64,000 nucleotides of DNA from Eledone cirrhosa (Eukaryota): NCBI GenBank assembly GCA_964016885.1, contig CAXHJY010001128.1:7117-71116 (forward strand), given 5' to 3'. The notes under the pieces were generated by a model. It was not told the origin of the DNA. It saw nothing but the letters and a program-made list of their open reading frames with translations, and ran no database searches. Below are positions 35,431-50,869 of this stretch, piece by piece (positions within the stretch are counted from its first letter, which is position 1; every line of letters starts with the position of its first letter). Both the position numbers and the translations under genes were made by a program.

Positions 35431-38400
35431 CAAGTATCCTTTACTATCATTCTGGGCTGACAAATACCTTGAGTGAATTTGGAAGAAGGAAATTGTACAA
35501 TCCACCATATGCATGTATTTGTGTGGGTATCTGTGCCTTTGCTGTGTGTCTTAGTCTTCATTTTATATTTGACATGGCTAGCAGTGACGTTTGTAAAGAA
35601 ATGTCTTGCGGCTTTTCACATTGCAAATCGGTACCTTTTGGTTTATTGCGTATTTTGACAATGATCTGCCCACCAGTAAAGATACTATAAATATTTGAAT
35701 TATCAAACCACATTAGAAAAACATTCTTTATAGTACAAAACTTAACTGTACCATATTGCATTAAAAATTAAAGTCTTTGCTCTAATACTGCAAATTTTCG
35801 CAATATGTAAAGATACTATAAACATTTGGATTAATAAACACTTTTTAAAGATATTTTCTACTAAATTATTACAGGTCGTTAAGACTTAAATACTAGATAT
35901 AGGATTATTATATGTAAACATATTACATATGGCTTCATATGCACATTTACCAAGTTTATTTCAAATAAATAAGCTCTCTACTGAAGCTAAAATGTCTGTA
36001 GAAATACAAAAAAAATGTATATTTTATTTTATTTCTATACGGACGTAAAATGATGATACTAAAACTTATCTCATGATAAATTCAAGAGAAATGTTTTAGT
36101 TATGCTTAAAATGGGGCTACATATCTAGATCCCCCTCTCTCTATATATATACATATTTTTATCTGTGTTTATCCCCCCCCCCCCCCCCCCCACGCGCACA
36201 GAGTTATGTTTGAATTTGCTGTATCAGTGGGTGAAGAAGCCATTTACAAAAGATAAGATTGTATGTTTTCATAGTCAATTAGTTTCTCTGCTATTTATAC
36301 ATTAAATATTATATATTTGTTTGGTGAATTGATGTTTCTAACCAACAAATCAAGTTAAACTAAACATCATTTTAGGCATTCCACTTCTGAAATAAAGAGC
36401 CAAATTGTGTTGTTATGACACCATTAGAGGGATGAGAGCAATTTGGGCAGGTAAACAAAATCAAAAGTTTGGTCATATCTTCAACCCATCTAGGAGGACA
36501 GTAGCGCCAACTAAGTACTGATTTAGTCTGTAATGACCTGTCCAACCCATGCCTAAATGGAAACTTGGACATAAAATGATGATGATTATTAGCACACAGC
36601 ACGAAATATCTTTAGAAATACTAATATTCCAGTTGAATATTTGATATTTTTTCAGACTTGACATTTTTTAATCATGTAAAATGAGTTAAATTTAATTAGA
36701 TAACACTTGTGGTTTAATTATACACTTGACTAGGATAGTGGATTGGCAGAATTGGTAGCGCGTGGGACAAAATGCTTCACAGTATGACCAAGGTCAACTT
36801 TGCCTTTCATTCCCCCAGGGTTGATAAAAAAAAGTACCAGTTAAGTACTGGAGTTGATATTATTTGCTTTTCACTTCCCCACAATTGTTGGCTTTGTTCC
36901 AGTGTTAGAAATCATTATCATACTCTTAATTTCATTAACTCTCTATCTTTATCCATGGTTAGGAATTTAGATAAACCTTTCTGGGTATACCCTTATTCAT
37001 TGGTGTACTTACTTTTTGATTGTCAGTTTTTGTTTTTGCGTGATACACGAAGACACCAACCAAGAAACATCTCTTTTATATTATGTATAAATTATATACA
37101 CACACACACACACACACACAAATGATATAATCATTTTGAATAAAAAAAAATTTCAGTGTTGTCATAGCTAACTTTACCACCCTCTTTTGCAGTGTGACAG
37201 ACGTTTTACACAATATACAACAACTTTAATGTAATAGATACTTGTAATAAGGGAACTGCAGAGATGATGAAAATATTAGATATATATTTTTGTTTTACTC
37301 TATGTCCACTCTTGTAACAGTTGTCATTTTTTTAGACTGTTTTTAGGTTGACTATTTCATAGATATTACTTTTGTGGGGCTGAAATTCATGCTACAATTC
37401 AAAATACCATAAGCAGAAGTTCAAATAGATAATAATCATCGTCCATTTTCCATAGAAGCAAGGGTTGAATGTGTCTTCACAGATCAGTCAGTACTGAAGT
37501 GGAGCCAGGGTGCCTGGGATATGGTCCTGCACTCTGAGTGCATTTTCTTGTGGTTTTAATACTAGGGAAGTTGTCATGTCTGACACAGCTGAAGAGTCCT
37601 CCTGACCCTTTGTTTGGAAGTGTACTTCCTATCACCAACCACTTCATAGTGTACTTGGTGTGTTTGTCTAGATCAATGGAGGTTGTCATGTCTATAGTAC
37701 AACTAAAGTTTTCCCACTAAAAATCAATGAATTACAGTAGCAATACCAATGTTTCTATGCATCAAAACAGTTCTTACTAACAAAACATAAATAGAACCAT
37801 ATAGAAAAATTCCTTTCTTCACCATTACATCTATATTCAAAATAATTCTGTGATTTGCAAATGTTTTCCCTGAAGAACTAGAGTTGACTTTTACACGAGA
37901 TACATAGAGAAATACAAATATTTTTCAGAAAAAGTAGGGGTTCAACTTTCATGTGAGTGTATATGGTACCTTTCCCTAACTAATTAGTAAAAAAAATTCT
38001 GTATCAGTCAGCTTTTTAGAATATTTGAGACTTAATATCATCAAGCTGAAGACATAGCTAAATGCTTGCAACAGTAAACTCCACTAAAGGCACTCAAGAC
38101 CCATATGAAGGTGTTAAATTGAGCAACATGTTAAGTCCACCACTCAAGTAGACTACATGCAGCAGGATTTGATCTTAGAGTACAGAGAGCCAGAACAAAT
38201 ATGGCCAATCTACTGCCCTGAATTGGTACTTTATTTCATCACTTTATTTCACTCTGAATTGGTACTTTATTTTTGAACTCAGTGCAGAAAGCTAGAGCAA
38301 ATACTGCATGGTATTTTGTTCTGTACACTAACAACTATGCCAATTTGTTGCCTGTTGAAACTGCATTAGTCATAAAGTAATCCTATGGTTGCGTGTGTTT

Positions 38401-38789
38401 GTGCGTTTTTGTTTTGTTCTTCAGTAGCTGATTGGCAGTCTGGCTTCAATATGTTCCATTGTAGTTTAAGTGGTGTTTACACAGTAGATGAATAATAAGG
38501 ATGTGTGAGTAGTATTTATTATAGATGCTTCATAACTGTCAGCCAAGCAATTGCAGTCATAGTAGAACAAATACTAATCAACCAAAGGTAGGGAATTGGT
38601 AGAGTTATTAGAACATTTGATTAAATGGCTCGGTCTTTGTTTTAGTTCTGTGTTTTGAGTTCAAATCCCATCAAAGTTAACTTTCTTTTCATCCTTTTGA
38701 GGTTGATAAAGTAATAGTAAAATACTGAGGTTGATATAATTGATTTTTTTTTTTCCCCTTCTCATAAATTACTGGCCTTATGGAACTTG

Positions 38790-38986
38790 TCAAATCAGTC
38801 CAAGGAAACAATGTTTCCATTGGTTTTTCCATTTTTGATACTATCTACTGACTGCAACTCCTGTCATATAGAGCAATGTGAAATAAGTGTCTTGCTCAAA
38901 GACATAAAGCATTGCTCGGTTCGGAAATTGAAATTGCAACCTTATGATTATGAAATCAATTTTCTAACCACTAAGCCATGTGCCTG
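38790..38986 (-). mobile_element. Second SINE family (tRNA head + CORE/V-like TTGAGCAAGACACTT..CACATTGCTC)
   Basis: Reverse complement AGGCACATGGCTTAGTGGTTAG..TTGAGCAAGACACTTATTTCACATTGCTC. Confidence 0.55.
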
Positions 38987-41197
38987 AAAACCATTGATTT
39001 TTCTGACAGGTATTATGACTGACTGACAGTATCAGCAATGGAATGACCAATGGAAACATAGTTTCTATGGTCGGTAAAAGAATCATCTTTTTTTTACTTT
39101 CGTCCTTCTTCGCCCACTTATTCCTGAGAGTCATGGAGGCAGAGTCCTCAAACACTCCTTCCAGCTGGTCCTTGTCAGAAACAACCATCCCCAGTTGATT
39201 CAACTGGATCCACAAGTGAGACCAGCCAAACTCAGATGTTTCCAACCATTTTGCTTGTAAGATCTGACCAGTGACCCCCCCCCCCCCCCTCCTGAGACAT
39301 TCTAACCACATTTCCTTGTCTTTTAATTTTTTATGACAATGGAAACTGGAGTGAATCTTGTGATGATAGGTAGATGGAGCTTGCTATGGTCAACATATCA
39401 GAAAGCAAAGGCTATATGGATGAGTGTTGAAGAAGTATTTATGGCGTGTTGTCAGATTTGCTGAGCTATATTAAATTTTGCTAATCTATATCTGGAGAAA
39501 TTTTATTTTAAGTGGTAGCATTCTTGTGACAATTAATTTTCTTTATACATTAAAAACATTATGCATAACAAAAAAGTACATAACCAGAAATCCCACACGT
39601 TATAAAATAGGATGGTTCAGGGTTTCAATATGTAAACTAAATGACTAATTCTGGTTTTTAAAAAAAAAAATCAATGGAGACAATCTAGAAAAAAATTACT
39701 GAATCTTCTCCCTCCCACACACACTATTATTTGGGACCCAAGAGTACTTTTAGCAAAAAAGAGGGTTGTATTATGTGAGTACACAATCCCAGAAATTTTT
39801 ACTGAGCTTAAAAATTCTCATTTCATATGGCAACATTGCAAATACACTGAGTGGGTGCTTCTACACATTATTTAACTACACAAGAAACTAAATATTCAAG
39901 AGAAATATATATGAGATTGAGATTTTAATAGAAAACATGGTACAAGTATTCCGGAGAGTGTATCATACTTAAGGATGAAATATTTATCTTTTGTTGGCTT
40001 AAAAAAAAAAGGGTTGTATTATATACAAATGCAGAACTACAGTAATTAAGAATTTAGAAGAATTTAGTAATAAAACTTTCTCATTAATAAGCTGGTATTT
40101 GTAACATTTCAACAAAGGTTTTCACATAAAATTGTGGAAGATTTTTAGATATAAACAGTTTAAAAGAGATTCTTTTGTTGATAGAACTAGATATTTAAGT
40201 GATTGTGCTAATATTGTTTCAGTCTACTTTCCAAAAAACATTGACTAACTGTATACCCAGTTCTGTCTCTTTGAAAGTGAGTGAAATGATTTAAAGAAAT
40301 GTTATTCCAATACTGGACATAGCATTATCTAATGTCCCTTTAAAAGTAGAATGAAGTGATTTTGAGTCTTGAGCTCAGCTGGTTCCAGTTAACAGTACCT
40401 GCAATGGTTATGTGCCCACCCTGATTTTGAAATGCTAAGGTAGTTTTGAGCTTGTGATGAGAAGAGATCATGATGGAGAATGAGGTTAGCAACTTTAACT
40501 CTGTTGATCAAAATTGCTACAGAAACGCTGAACAGATAACTATCCTGGGAGCAGGCCCGTGGCAAGGTTTTCAAGCATATAGAATGGAGATATCTCATGG
40601 CCCAGTGCTCCATGGGGGAGAAAAAGGAACTAAAGAAGAGTAGCTAAGATTTTGTGTACGTCATTCAATCCATAGTAACAGTAAAATGCTAATCTGTATT
40701 GATTATAACCAGACACTACTGCTTTGTGAGACAGATAAGATATCTTTGCATTTTCTGTATTTTTTTTAGCCATCAGTTATCAGTGTCATCATTTGTCAAC
40801 ACTACTTTCTTCTGTAGATAACATTTAGGCTACTATCAACTTGAATATCTTTGCTGTTCCTAAAATGATTTCTAATTTAGGCACAAGCCCAGCAAAGTTG
40901 ATTGTACTTGACTAGCACTTTAGTTCCTGTACTTGACTAGCACTTTAGTTTATTGTCACTGAAATGTTTTTGTTCATATCAGAAATTAGCAATCTGTATC
41001 AAGTTTTCTGTCAGCCCCCCTCTCGCTCTCTTTCTCTCTCTCTCTCTCTCTCTACTATAATGATCTCCAGAAAGACAGCTGGTGGGTGAGAGTTGTCCAT
41101 GTTCTTGTCTCTTCTGTGTTATCCATATTTCTCCCACATATTTTCATTGTAACCACATAGCTTAATTTATATATTATATTTACACACACACTGTATG

Positions 41198-41228
<31 letters not shown>

Positions 41229-42320
41229 GTGTGTGTGTGTATTCTGTTTAGAATAGGTACACCATATCCCTGCATGTTGTAAGAAGCAAATGAAGGGGTT
41301 AATGTCAAGAAGGGCACCCCACTGCAAAGCATTACCTTAAAAGTTCCCTCCAACCCGTGCCAGCATGGATTGGCATAAAAAGAATGTTGATTATATATAC
41401 ATATATCCACTATATAGCTTTGGTGGTGAAGAAACTAAATATTATTTATTCCATCTATAAAACAATGGGTTATCTACTAGTAGCAATAATAATTCTTTCT
41501 AATTTAAGCATAAGAGCAGCAGTTCTAGAAGAGAGTTAAGTTGAGTATTTGACTGCTAATTTATTTTATCAATCCTGGAAAGATGAAAGACAAAGTTGAA
41601 TGTAGGTGGATGTAAACTCAGTCAGAACAAATAGGGCATAGCATTTTATACTAATTTTCTTATTAGGTTGATATAAAAAGAATTATCTACTAATATATAT
41701 AATATGCTTGTGTAGTTGTCCATCACAAGAGATGACTGAGGAAGTAAAGGGTGATGACCAACTGAGAACGGAAGGGGTGGCAGCATCCAATATTCACTAC
41801 ATCTGTTTGTGTCTATATGTATAGCGAATTGGCTACACACATTGGCTGTTATGATTGTGTGTATGTGTTTGTATAAATTATATTTATATATATTTGTGTG
41901 TGTGTTTATTTAGAAAGATACATAGACAATAGAATTACAAACACGTGCAAATCAACACATACATATATATAAACAGACACACTTAGAAAAAATAATGATT
42001 ACATACACACACATGTATGTGATGACTGAGGAAGGAGGGGTGTGTGAGACACTATAGAAGTCCAGTGTTCTAAGATTTGTCACAGCTATGTAGTGATTTG
42101 GCTACATACATTGTGTGTTTGTATGTTTTATCACTAGTGTGAGTGAACGCGAAGGAACCAACAAACAAACTATGTATACATATTACAATTAGTCGTCATT
42201 TTTGACTGAATGGAACCAGCTAGTACATATATAATCCACAATAAGCTTTGTTGGTGAAGAAAATGAATATTATTCTATCTATAAAACTATGAACTAACAG
42301 TAATAGTAATGATTTCTAAT

Positions 42321-43797
42321 AGATATCGTTTTGAATTTTTGAAACTATTTAATTCTAACTTCACTTCTACTGTACCTTTTCTTTGAGTGCATCCAAAAAG
42401 AAACGTTTTGATACCTTATTTGTGAAATTTGGATGAATAATTTAGGAAATATGACAATTTGAATGGTCAGTGAATTGCTCGAAATCTTGCCTAATTAGGC
42501 CTAAATGAATAATTAGCCATATTTGTGATGTCGTATCTTTGAAACTGAGGTGATAAAATCATTTTCAAATTACACAAATACAAATTAATAGTGTCCATGA
42601 AAGAGCCTATTCCTTTTCTTAAGTTCTTGAAAATGAAAATTTTTGGGTAATTTTAAAAATATTTATGTAAAGCCTATTTTGTTGTGTGTAACAAACAGTC
42701 GATTTTGTGACACACACACATAAGCTTTTCATGTGTTTTCAGACCTAGCTAAATCCAGAAGTACAAGCCACAGGGATTGAGTTTTAGCACATTTGTAGTA
42801 GGTATAGAACTAAATAAGTCCTGAGATTTTGGGACATGAATAAAATTTTAATGGGCTATTAATAATGGCTATAAACAATTAAATTACAGTGATTAAAGGT
42901 TGTTGCAAGCTTTTCATGCATTTTCAGATATGGCTATATTGTGATCTGTTAATTGTAGGGGGCTCAGTTTTAATACACTGATATGGGCAATAAAACTGAA
43001 TACTCTATATAAGTTTAGAGCTTTACAATACATTTAATAGGTATCCCTGTAGAAGGGGTGATATGTATGGTTTGACCATGCAAAAACCCACTTTTTACTT
43101 GATGGTTTTCATGTCAAAATTCATTTTTTCTGTGGACAATTATGTATCATGGAAAGTTCTGAATGTGTACTCACATATCATGTCAGGTTGCGAATTCAAT
43201 ATGGCCATTGCTGAGGCTTAAAAGTTAACCAAAGTGTTACTAACAGTCCTGTTACAAAGTGTTAGTGATAATTACAATAATTGTTTCTACTTTTGGCACA
43301 AGGCCAGCAATTATCCCAGTGCATTACTGGTCCTTTATTTTATCGACCCCGTAAGAATGAAAGGCAAAGTTAACCTCGGCGGGATTTGAACTCAGACCGT
43401 AAAGGGGTGTAACTCTAACAATTAGTTTGTCCATTTCTTGAAATTCTGGCTCAAACTCGTTATTTGAAGTCTTGGATTCATGTTCTGTTTCAGCTCTTGC
43501 TGCTCAGGAATACACCATTTTGACAAGTAACATCAATATGCATTTTGAACATCCATGGTATTCCCTTTTTTATTGGTTTTGTGTTTTTGTGCCATCTTGT
43601 TGCCAGAATTGGCAATGGCTGTATTAAATTCAATCTTTCTTTCTTGTGTGGTATAAAAATCTTGAAGACAATTCTTTTCCAAGTTAAAATTAATAATAAA
43701 ATGTTCACTTTTATATTTCATAATGATTATCTGGCCAACCCCATCGATTTTTTATTTTTTTTATTTTTTTATTTTTTTTTTTTAAATCTCAAAATAA

Positions 43798-43831
<34 letters not shown>

Positions 43832-44160
43832 CCTTTTCATGACTGCATTATTTTCAACACAAATCCACCACATTGAACTAGAATTAATGCTACTATTCAG
43901 TAGTCAACAAAAAAAAAAACGGGTCAAATATTGTAAATAGGTGTAAATATGAGGGTGATTGAGGGCATCTGGGATATGTAAGTGTCAGATTTTGATCAAA
44001 AGTATTTGAGGAAAAAGTTCATATCTAGAATTTTCAAATGATATCTAATTGTCCACAGAAAAAATTGTATATTGACATGAAATTGATCAAGCAAAAAGTG
44101 GGTGTTTGCATGGTCAAACTGTGCACGACGCCCCTTCCACAGAACTCTACTGTGATACCT
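42321..44160. mobile_element. Probable DNA transposon remnant with 9-bp TSD; internal ~120-bp inverted repeats (43047-43170 / 44015-44142) and a nested SINE
   Basis: ATTTCTAAT|AGATATC...GATACCT|ATTTCTGAT. Removing it rejoins 42228-42320 with 44170-44330, colinear with the paralogue at 41400-41665. Confidence 0.6.
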
Positions 44161-47009
44161 ATTTCTGATTTAAGCATAAGGCCAGCAATTCTGGGAGAGG
44201 GATAAGTCAAGTATTTGACTGTTACCTTATTTTATCAATCCTGGAAAAATGAAATGCAAAGTTGAACTCAGATTTAAACACAGTCAGAACAAATATGGCG
44301 TAGCGTTTTATAATAATTTTCTCATTTAGGCACAAGGCTAGCAACTTTTATTTATGCAGGCATGGGCAGGGAGATAAGTTGATTAAAGCACCCAGTACTT
44401 GATTGATACTTTGCCTTTCATCCTTCTAGGGTTGATAAAATAAAGTTGACTTTAGTCGCATTTGAGTTCAAAGTACTGACAGTCAGAATGAATACCTACC
44501 CAACACCCATTTTGTCTAACACTATAATGAAACCTTTCATGGCACTTCCAAGGCTAACATCTGCTTTAGCAGGGGAAACTGGCCTTAAAGTACTTGCTGC
44601 ATCAATTCAGTTCAGTTCAAATTATGGAGATTGTTTTTGTTTTATACTCTGACTGTAATAAATTTATTTCGTTTATTTAATCTTTAACCCTTTTTATATT
44701 AAACTGCCTGAACTTGTCCTTGGACCTACAATACAAAATTGTTCATTTTAAAGTGTTTATATTTATCTAAAAATGTTCTATCATAATATATGTTCCAAAC
44801 AGCAGCTTAACAATATAATACCTGAGAATACCAACTCTGGTTTTATGATTCAAAACTTATCATCATCACCATTTGATGTCTATTTTCACATGGGTTTGAT
44901 GAGTTACCACCTTCTGAAGCTAGATGAACTGGATAACTGTTTAGCTCATCTGTTCCATTTTTAGCATGGTTTCTACAGCTTGATGCCTTTCCTTATACCA
45001 ACCACTTTACAGCATGCACTGTGAACATTTTATCATGGCAGTATTGGTAGAGGGTTGGATGCCATGCTTTGCAGCATAGTTACGGCCCTTTATGGTCTGA
45101 GTTCAAATCCCGCTGAGGTTAACTTTTACCTTTCAAAAGGACCAGTAATGACAGGTAAATGTGCCAAAAGTAGAAACAATTATTTCCATCATAATTTTAT
45201 GGAGTTATGTTTCAAGCACCAGCTTAATAATGCAAAAGTTAGTTATTTTACTAAATCCCTCCACATTCTTGATTATTTAAAAAAAATGATTTAAAAATGA
45301 TAGGCAGTGTCTTTCATTAGAAATCTGGTAACAAAAGGGTTTATACTATTTGTGTGATCCTCCAGTAGTAATTCTTCCTCCTCCACCCTGACTACATTGA
45401 TGTTGTCTAATCACATGTTTAACTCTTGTTATTTAGAATGATAAAATAAATACTAGATAGAGTACTGGGATTTAATATAATCAACACCAGCCCTTGAAAG
45501 TAGCTGCAGTCCAATGACTGAAGCCTGGAAAAGAAAAGTGTCCTGGACTAACGTAGCCAACATGTCTTTCTTTAAGATTGTAGTGTGTAGTTTGAAGGTG
45601 ATATTTTGCTGCTATTTCTAACAGGTTGAGGGACCATGTAGTCTCCTTCTTTATGTGAATGGTTGTAATGTATACCATTGTACTCCATACATATTTGAAA
45701 CTGAGTGATTTAAGTGAGTGGAGTAAGTATGATAATAAAATACTGTTTTCAAGATATGTCAGAAAGAAACAATAGCTATTTCACCAAGGAAGGATGGCCA
45801 GTGCCCATGACCCTTTTTATGGGTGTGAAGTATCCTCAAACCAGAAACTTGGCCCAAATGCTTGAAACAAAATGAACTCCACTAAAAGATGCCAAAATAC
45901 AGGTGATGTTAAATTGGGCAATAGATTGACCCTTTCGTTATCATATTTCTAATGAAACATGCAGCCTATAATTTTCAAATCATTTTGTAAACGATCAAGA
46001 ATTTTGAGGGCATTAGTAATATAACTAACTTTCTTATCTGGTGTCTAGAACATAGATTCTTACAAAGAATTATTATGGAAGATTTTTTTAGATAAATATA
46101 TCACTTTGAAATAAACAGATTTGTATCATAGATTCAGGGTCCATTTCAAGTGGTTTCATATCAAAAGGGTTAAGTCTGACATCCAAAATTATGCTTTTAT
46201 TTCTTCTTGCAAACAAGACACTCTGTCATGTCTTGCCAGCACCAAGTGACTGATGAATTATCTTATAGATGAGACAAAATAACAGAAATGTCCTGAACAT
46301 AATTTTGAACACATGTGAATGCAGCACAGCTGAATGGTTAGTGAGTTCACTTCACAATCATTAGGTTCTAGATTTGACCTCACTGTATGGCATTTTGGGC
46401 AGGTAACATTTATCATAGCCTCATATATATTTGAAAGTGGTTTCATGAACAATTAGATTACTCAGTATGCTGTGAAGAGTAAAAATATTTATATCAGATG
46501 GATAAGACTTGAGCAAAGGTCTTCTGTCAGTCAAATAGTGCCTCTATTCAAGTGATCCTCATTTGTAGCAGCATGTTATCAATTTCTGTGTATGTGTACT
46601 ATTGAAACTAACAAAGGAGCCTATAAACAGTTGTTCATTTTGCTAGAATTAGCAAACAACAAATCACCCTACAGTCTTACAAAGGAGGGACACATTTGAT
46701 AAGGATATAGTTGAAATATTATGTCTTGAATGAAAGATGAGATGGTTTTAGCTAGAATAGTTTTGATGTTAGGTTTGCTTGATCATAGCTGACCTGGGGC
46801 TAAACATCAACAACAACAATGGTAACCCACTTAAAGCCTGTGAAATGATGATTGTATGACATTTCACTCACATCAAACATTAACAATGAAGAGATGGACA
46901 GCAAAGAGTATTATATATTACTCTAATTAATAACTGCCATTTCCTGTATATAACTAAGGGAATATATAATAGTTGACATAGTTTCCAGACAGTGTTTCTA
47001 TATCTAGGA

Positions 47010-47180
47010 TTGGTGGTAGTTTGACTACTGTAATGTGTAGGTGATAAGTTTGACTGTTCTGTAGTGTATAGGTAGGAGTTTGACTGTTCTGTAGTGTATA
47101 GGTGGAATATTATAATGTAATGTACTGTAGTTGTAGTGGTAGTTTGATTGTTCTATAGGTGATAGTTTGACTAAGTACTG
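47010..47180. repeat. ~30-bp minisatellite (AGTTTGACTGTTCTGTAGTGTATAGGT), 4-5 degenerate units
   Basis: Direct reading. Confidence 0.7.
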
Positions 47181-47659
47181 TATGGAGAATGGTTAGAAAA
47201 TGTTTGATTAGTCGATGAGTTGTTACAAGCCATGTGTTATTCAGGTTTAACCTTTTTCTTACTATATTTCCAATGAAAAATATTTATGATTTTCAAATAG
47301 TTTCAAAAATATTTAGGAATATGGAGTGATTTAGAAACTTTCTCAATTTTAAGCTGGTGTTTAGCATGTAACAAAGGTTCTTACTTAAAATAATCAACTT
47401 AGTATCACAGGTTAGAATCATAAGGTTGTGGGTTTGATTCCTAGATTAGCCTATGAATTGTTTTTCAGCAAGATGCTTCATATTATGTTACTTTTCATTA
47501 AAACACCCAAGATATTACTCCTTTGAACATCTAATATTCTGACTTCCTTCATCCAGAAAAAGTGGGCCAAAGTAAATTTAATTATTCTCATTAAGTACTT
47601 GAACCAATTACAGTTTTAGTTTTTCTCCTGAGAAATCACCATCCAATATCTATTTATAC

Positions 47660-48270
47660 TACTTTAGATTATTTTCTTTGTAGGTTCTATTCAAAATAGG
47701 AGATATGTTAAATGGAGAGGGTGGATTAGACCTAGTAACCGTTGCTAAGAGTGAGATCTGTTTTGAAGAAATTTTCGGAACTGAGCGACATGCTAATGAG
47801 GAGAGAGGTATTGCTGAAACTGAAGAGAAAGGTGTATGTTGCATGTGGCAAGTGGAATGATTTATGGGAGTGGGACATGGGTGATGAATGTGAAACAGGA
47901 GAGAAGGTTGGTAAAAACAGAAATGAGAATGGGTTCACAGGATGAGCAGAGTTTCACTTAAAGAGAAGAAAACAGTGAATTGCAGAGGATGATAGGAATA
48001 TAGCTAGTGATGGTTGTTGTGAAGAGAAATGGAATGAGATAGTTTGGTCATGTGTTGAGGAAAGATGAAAATGATTGAGAGAAGTGATGAAAATGAATGT
48101 GGAAAGAAGTAGAGGAAGAATTCCAAGAAAGACAATTGGGGAAGTAGAAGGAAATGAAAGCCATGGTCGTAGTGAGAGTGGATGTACAAGATAGAGTAAA
48201 ACAGAAGCTTCTCATGGGGCCAAGAACACTAAACCCTGCTTTAGAAGGGAAGAAGGCTTTAAAACATTTG
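47660..48270 (+). mobile_element. Old RTE-like LINE 3' fragment
   Basis: FKIGDML..EGG..VTVA..VRSV.KKFSELS..L..REV.LKLK.KVYVAC; FGHVLR. Confidence 0.6.
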
Positions 48271-50104
48271 TATTATTCAAACTGATCATCTGTTTGTACT
48301 GGTTCAACCTGAATAAAAGCCATCTGGAATTTGAGCCTCTATTTCCTGTGTAGTTTTTTTTTGGTCAATGTAGATTGGCATTATCTTGTTTGAAGTCATT
48401 TTTCTAAATAAATTCATGGAATGTTACCAAGTTATCTCTTACACACAGACATATAGAATTTCATAATCACAATTACTACACATTTCATCATCATTAACTC
48501 TTAACATCTTATAATGGCTTAGCAAAAAATATCTAAAACTTTACGAGTGTACAGTGGTTGTGGAGTCAGGGATAACATTTTAGCTGGGGTTCATATGGCT
48601 AGAAATGGAGACAAGGACTAACATTCACCTGAGGCTGGGAATAGATACAGATAACATTGTAACTGGGGCTTCATGTGGTTGGAAATAGGGATAAGGATAA
48701 AATATAGCCAGGGCCTCGTGTGGCTGGATGTTGAGACGGATAATGTATAGCTGAGGTTCTGGGACTTGGTGGTAATTGATTAATAGATTAGATGGATCAT
48801 GTGTGCAATGAAGATGTTTCAGAATATTTTTGTTATAAAGTAAACAAGAAATTGATTGTAAACAAATGTCATATAAAGGAAATACAAGCATTATCAAAAG
48901 CCAACAACTGTTCAGGAGTAAAACAATTCAGGTGTTAAAGTAAGAAATAGCACATACTTTGAGTTTGTCTAGCTTAAGAAATCAGAAAAAACATATTTAT
49001 CTTCACATGAAATTGTGATATTTGTGTATTGTGTACTAAAACCTGCTTAATCTTGCTTTATTGACAGTAATTGACTTTAGTGTCAAAAATCAATTAGAGA
49101 AGTCAGTTACAGAATATCACAGTTAATGGCAAAGAAATTGTACTAAATGGGAGATATTTGGCATAAAAAAAATCTTTATAAGGTATTTAGGTATGAAATG
49201 TCTTTATAAAACTTAACAGAAACAGAAAGAGCTCAATGAGAGTGAAATATTTTGTCACTGGAAGATAAATTCTTTTAGTCACAAGACTATATATATAATA
49301 TATCATCATCGTTTGTCTATCTTCCATGCTATTACGGGTTAGATGGGTTTGTTCCATTAGAGGCAAGTTGGGTCGGGTAACCATATCTCGCTCATATAGG
49401 ACTGTTTCAGGCTGGATGCTTTACAGTTTTATGAGTACATTTTCTTTTTCTTATATAAAAAGATGTACTCATAAAACTGTCTCTCTTATCCATGATATTG
49501 AAACTCGGGTTGATACCATACTGAGAAAATCCTAAGGAATACAAATCATAGTGCTTTAGGTCTGTTTACAAAGAAAAATTGGCGGATTATATGATCAACA
49601 AACTTTCATTAATTGAATATATATATACACACACCTGTAAATAAGAAAGTTATTGCTCCAACCAGTTTACTCATCCTCAACAACTACCCCCCCCCCCCCC
49701 CTCTCTTACTCTTTCTAGCTATCTCTCTCTGTATGTATGTATGTATGTATGTATGTATGTATATATATATATATATATATATGTTTACACACACCTAAAT
49801 GTAAATATTCATAGAACAAAGTAACTATTGAATGCCCTATACATAAACAATACACTTAAAACAAAGCCAACAATAAACAAAACATCAAGTGGATAAGACC
49901 AGATACTTCCAAACTCGTAACTAATACATACATACACACACATATATATATATAGAGCCCTCTAGCTTTAGGTTGCTCAACTAAGACTCCATCCCAAGCG
50001 TAAGTTGCTTGTGTATTTTTTCTTATTTTTGATTACTTTAATTGGAACTACCTGTTGGTCGTTCTGTATTTTTGTTTAATATTCTCTGTCCCTTTCTCTT
50101 TCCT

Positions 50105-50149
<45 letters not shown>

Positions 50150-50869
50150 CATGTACGTATGTGTTTCAGGAAATGAGGCGTAAAGGTCTGACTTCACTAC
50201 AACTAGAAACCTTGCTCAGAATATAGACACCATAAACAGGGATAGAATTAGAAAACTACATAGATCTAATAATATTGGTAGCTTAGAACAAAGGTTCTCA
50301 ACCCATTTCGGCAAAACTTTTGCCCCTCGAAATCACGAGCCCCCCCCCCCCCCCCATTTTTCCATTTTTCAATATACTAAGTTATGTTAGAATCTTTAAA
50401 AAATACTTGTACAAATTAAATACAAAAAAGTTTGTCAAAAATAAAAGCAAGCTATTTCAAATTATATATTTAAAAAAAAAAAAAAATTTGATCCCAGTCG
50501 AAAAAGCTTTTTTTTTTTTTTTAAAATTATATATTTCACTGATAGCTGTTGTAATATTTTGAGTGGATAGACAATTCTACAATTCAAACTGTAAAGTCAA
50601 AATACAAAAAAGATGCAAAATATGAAGAATTTCTTACCTTTCTATGAAATCACAAACTCGGGGAAAATAGTACCTGGCAAAATAAAATACCTCGTAGCAA
50701 AATGAAATACTTAGCAACGAATGAATTGAGAAGCTTGGTGACAGTGAGAAATCCCTTATTTATATATATATATACATACAATCTTTGCTTTTCTCTTCGA
50801 TAATTCTAGCGTATTTTTCAAAACAAATCTTGTATTATTGTTTTATGCTTATTAAATTATGCCCAAAAT

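Noticed and set aside
37690-40045. Tc1/mariner-like terminal fragments at ~37880-37968 and ~39755-40043, and a hAT-like start at ~50289
   Set aside because: Only single decayed ends; paired TIRs and TSDs could not be established.
28000-50800. Host gene exons among short ORFs (e.g. candidate acceptor TTTTGCAG at ~37192)
   Set aside because: No ORF with recognisable protein character or consistent splice pairs. Small exons cannot be excluded without RNA-seq.
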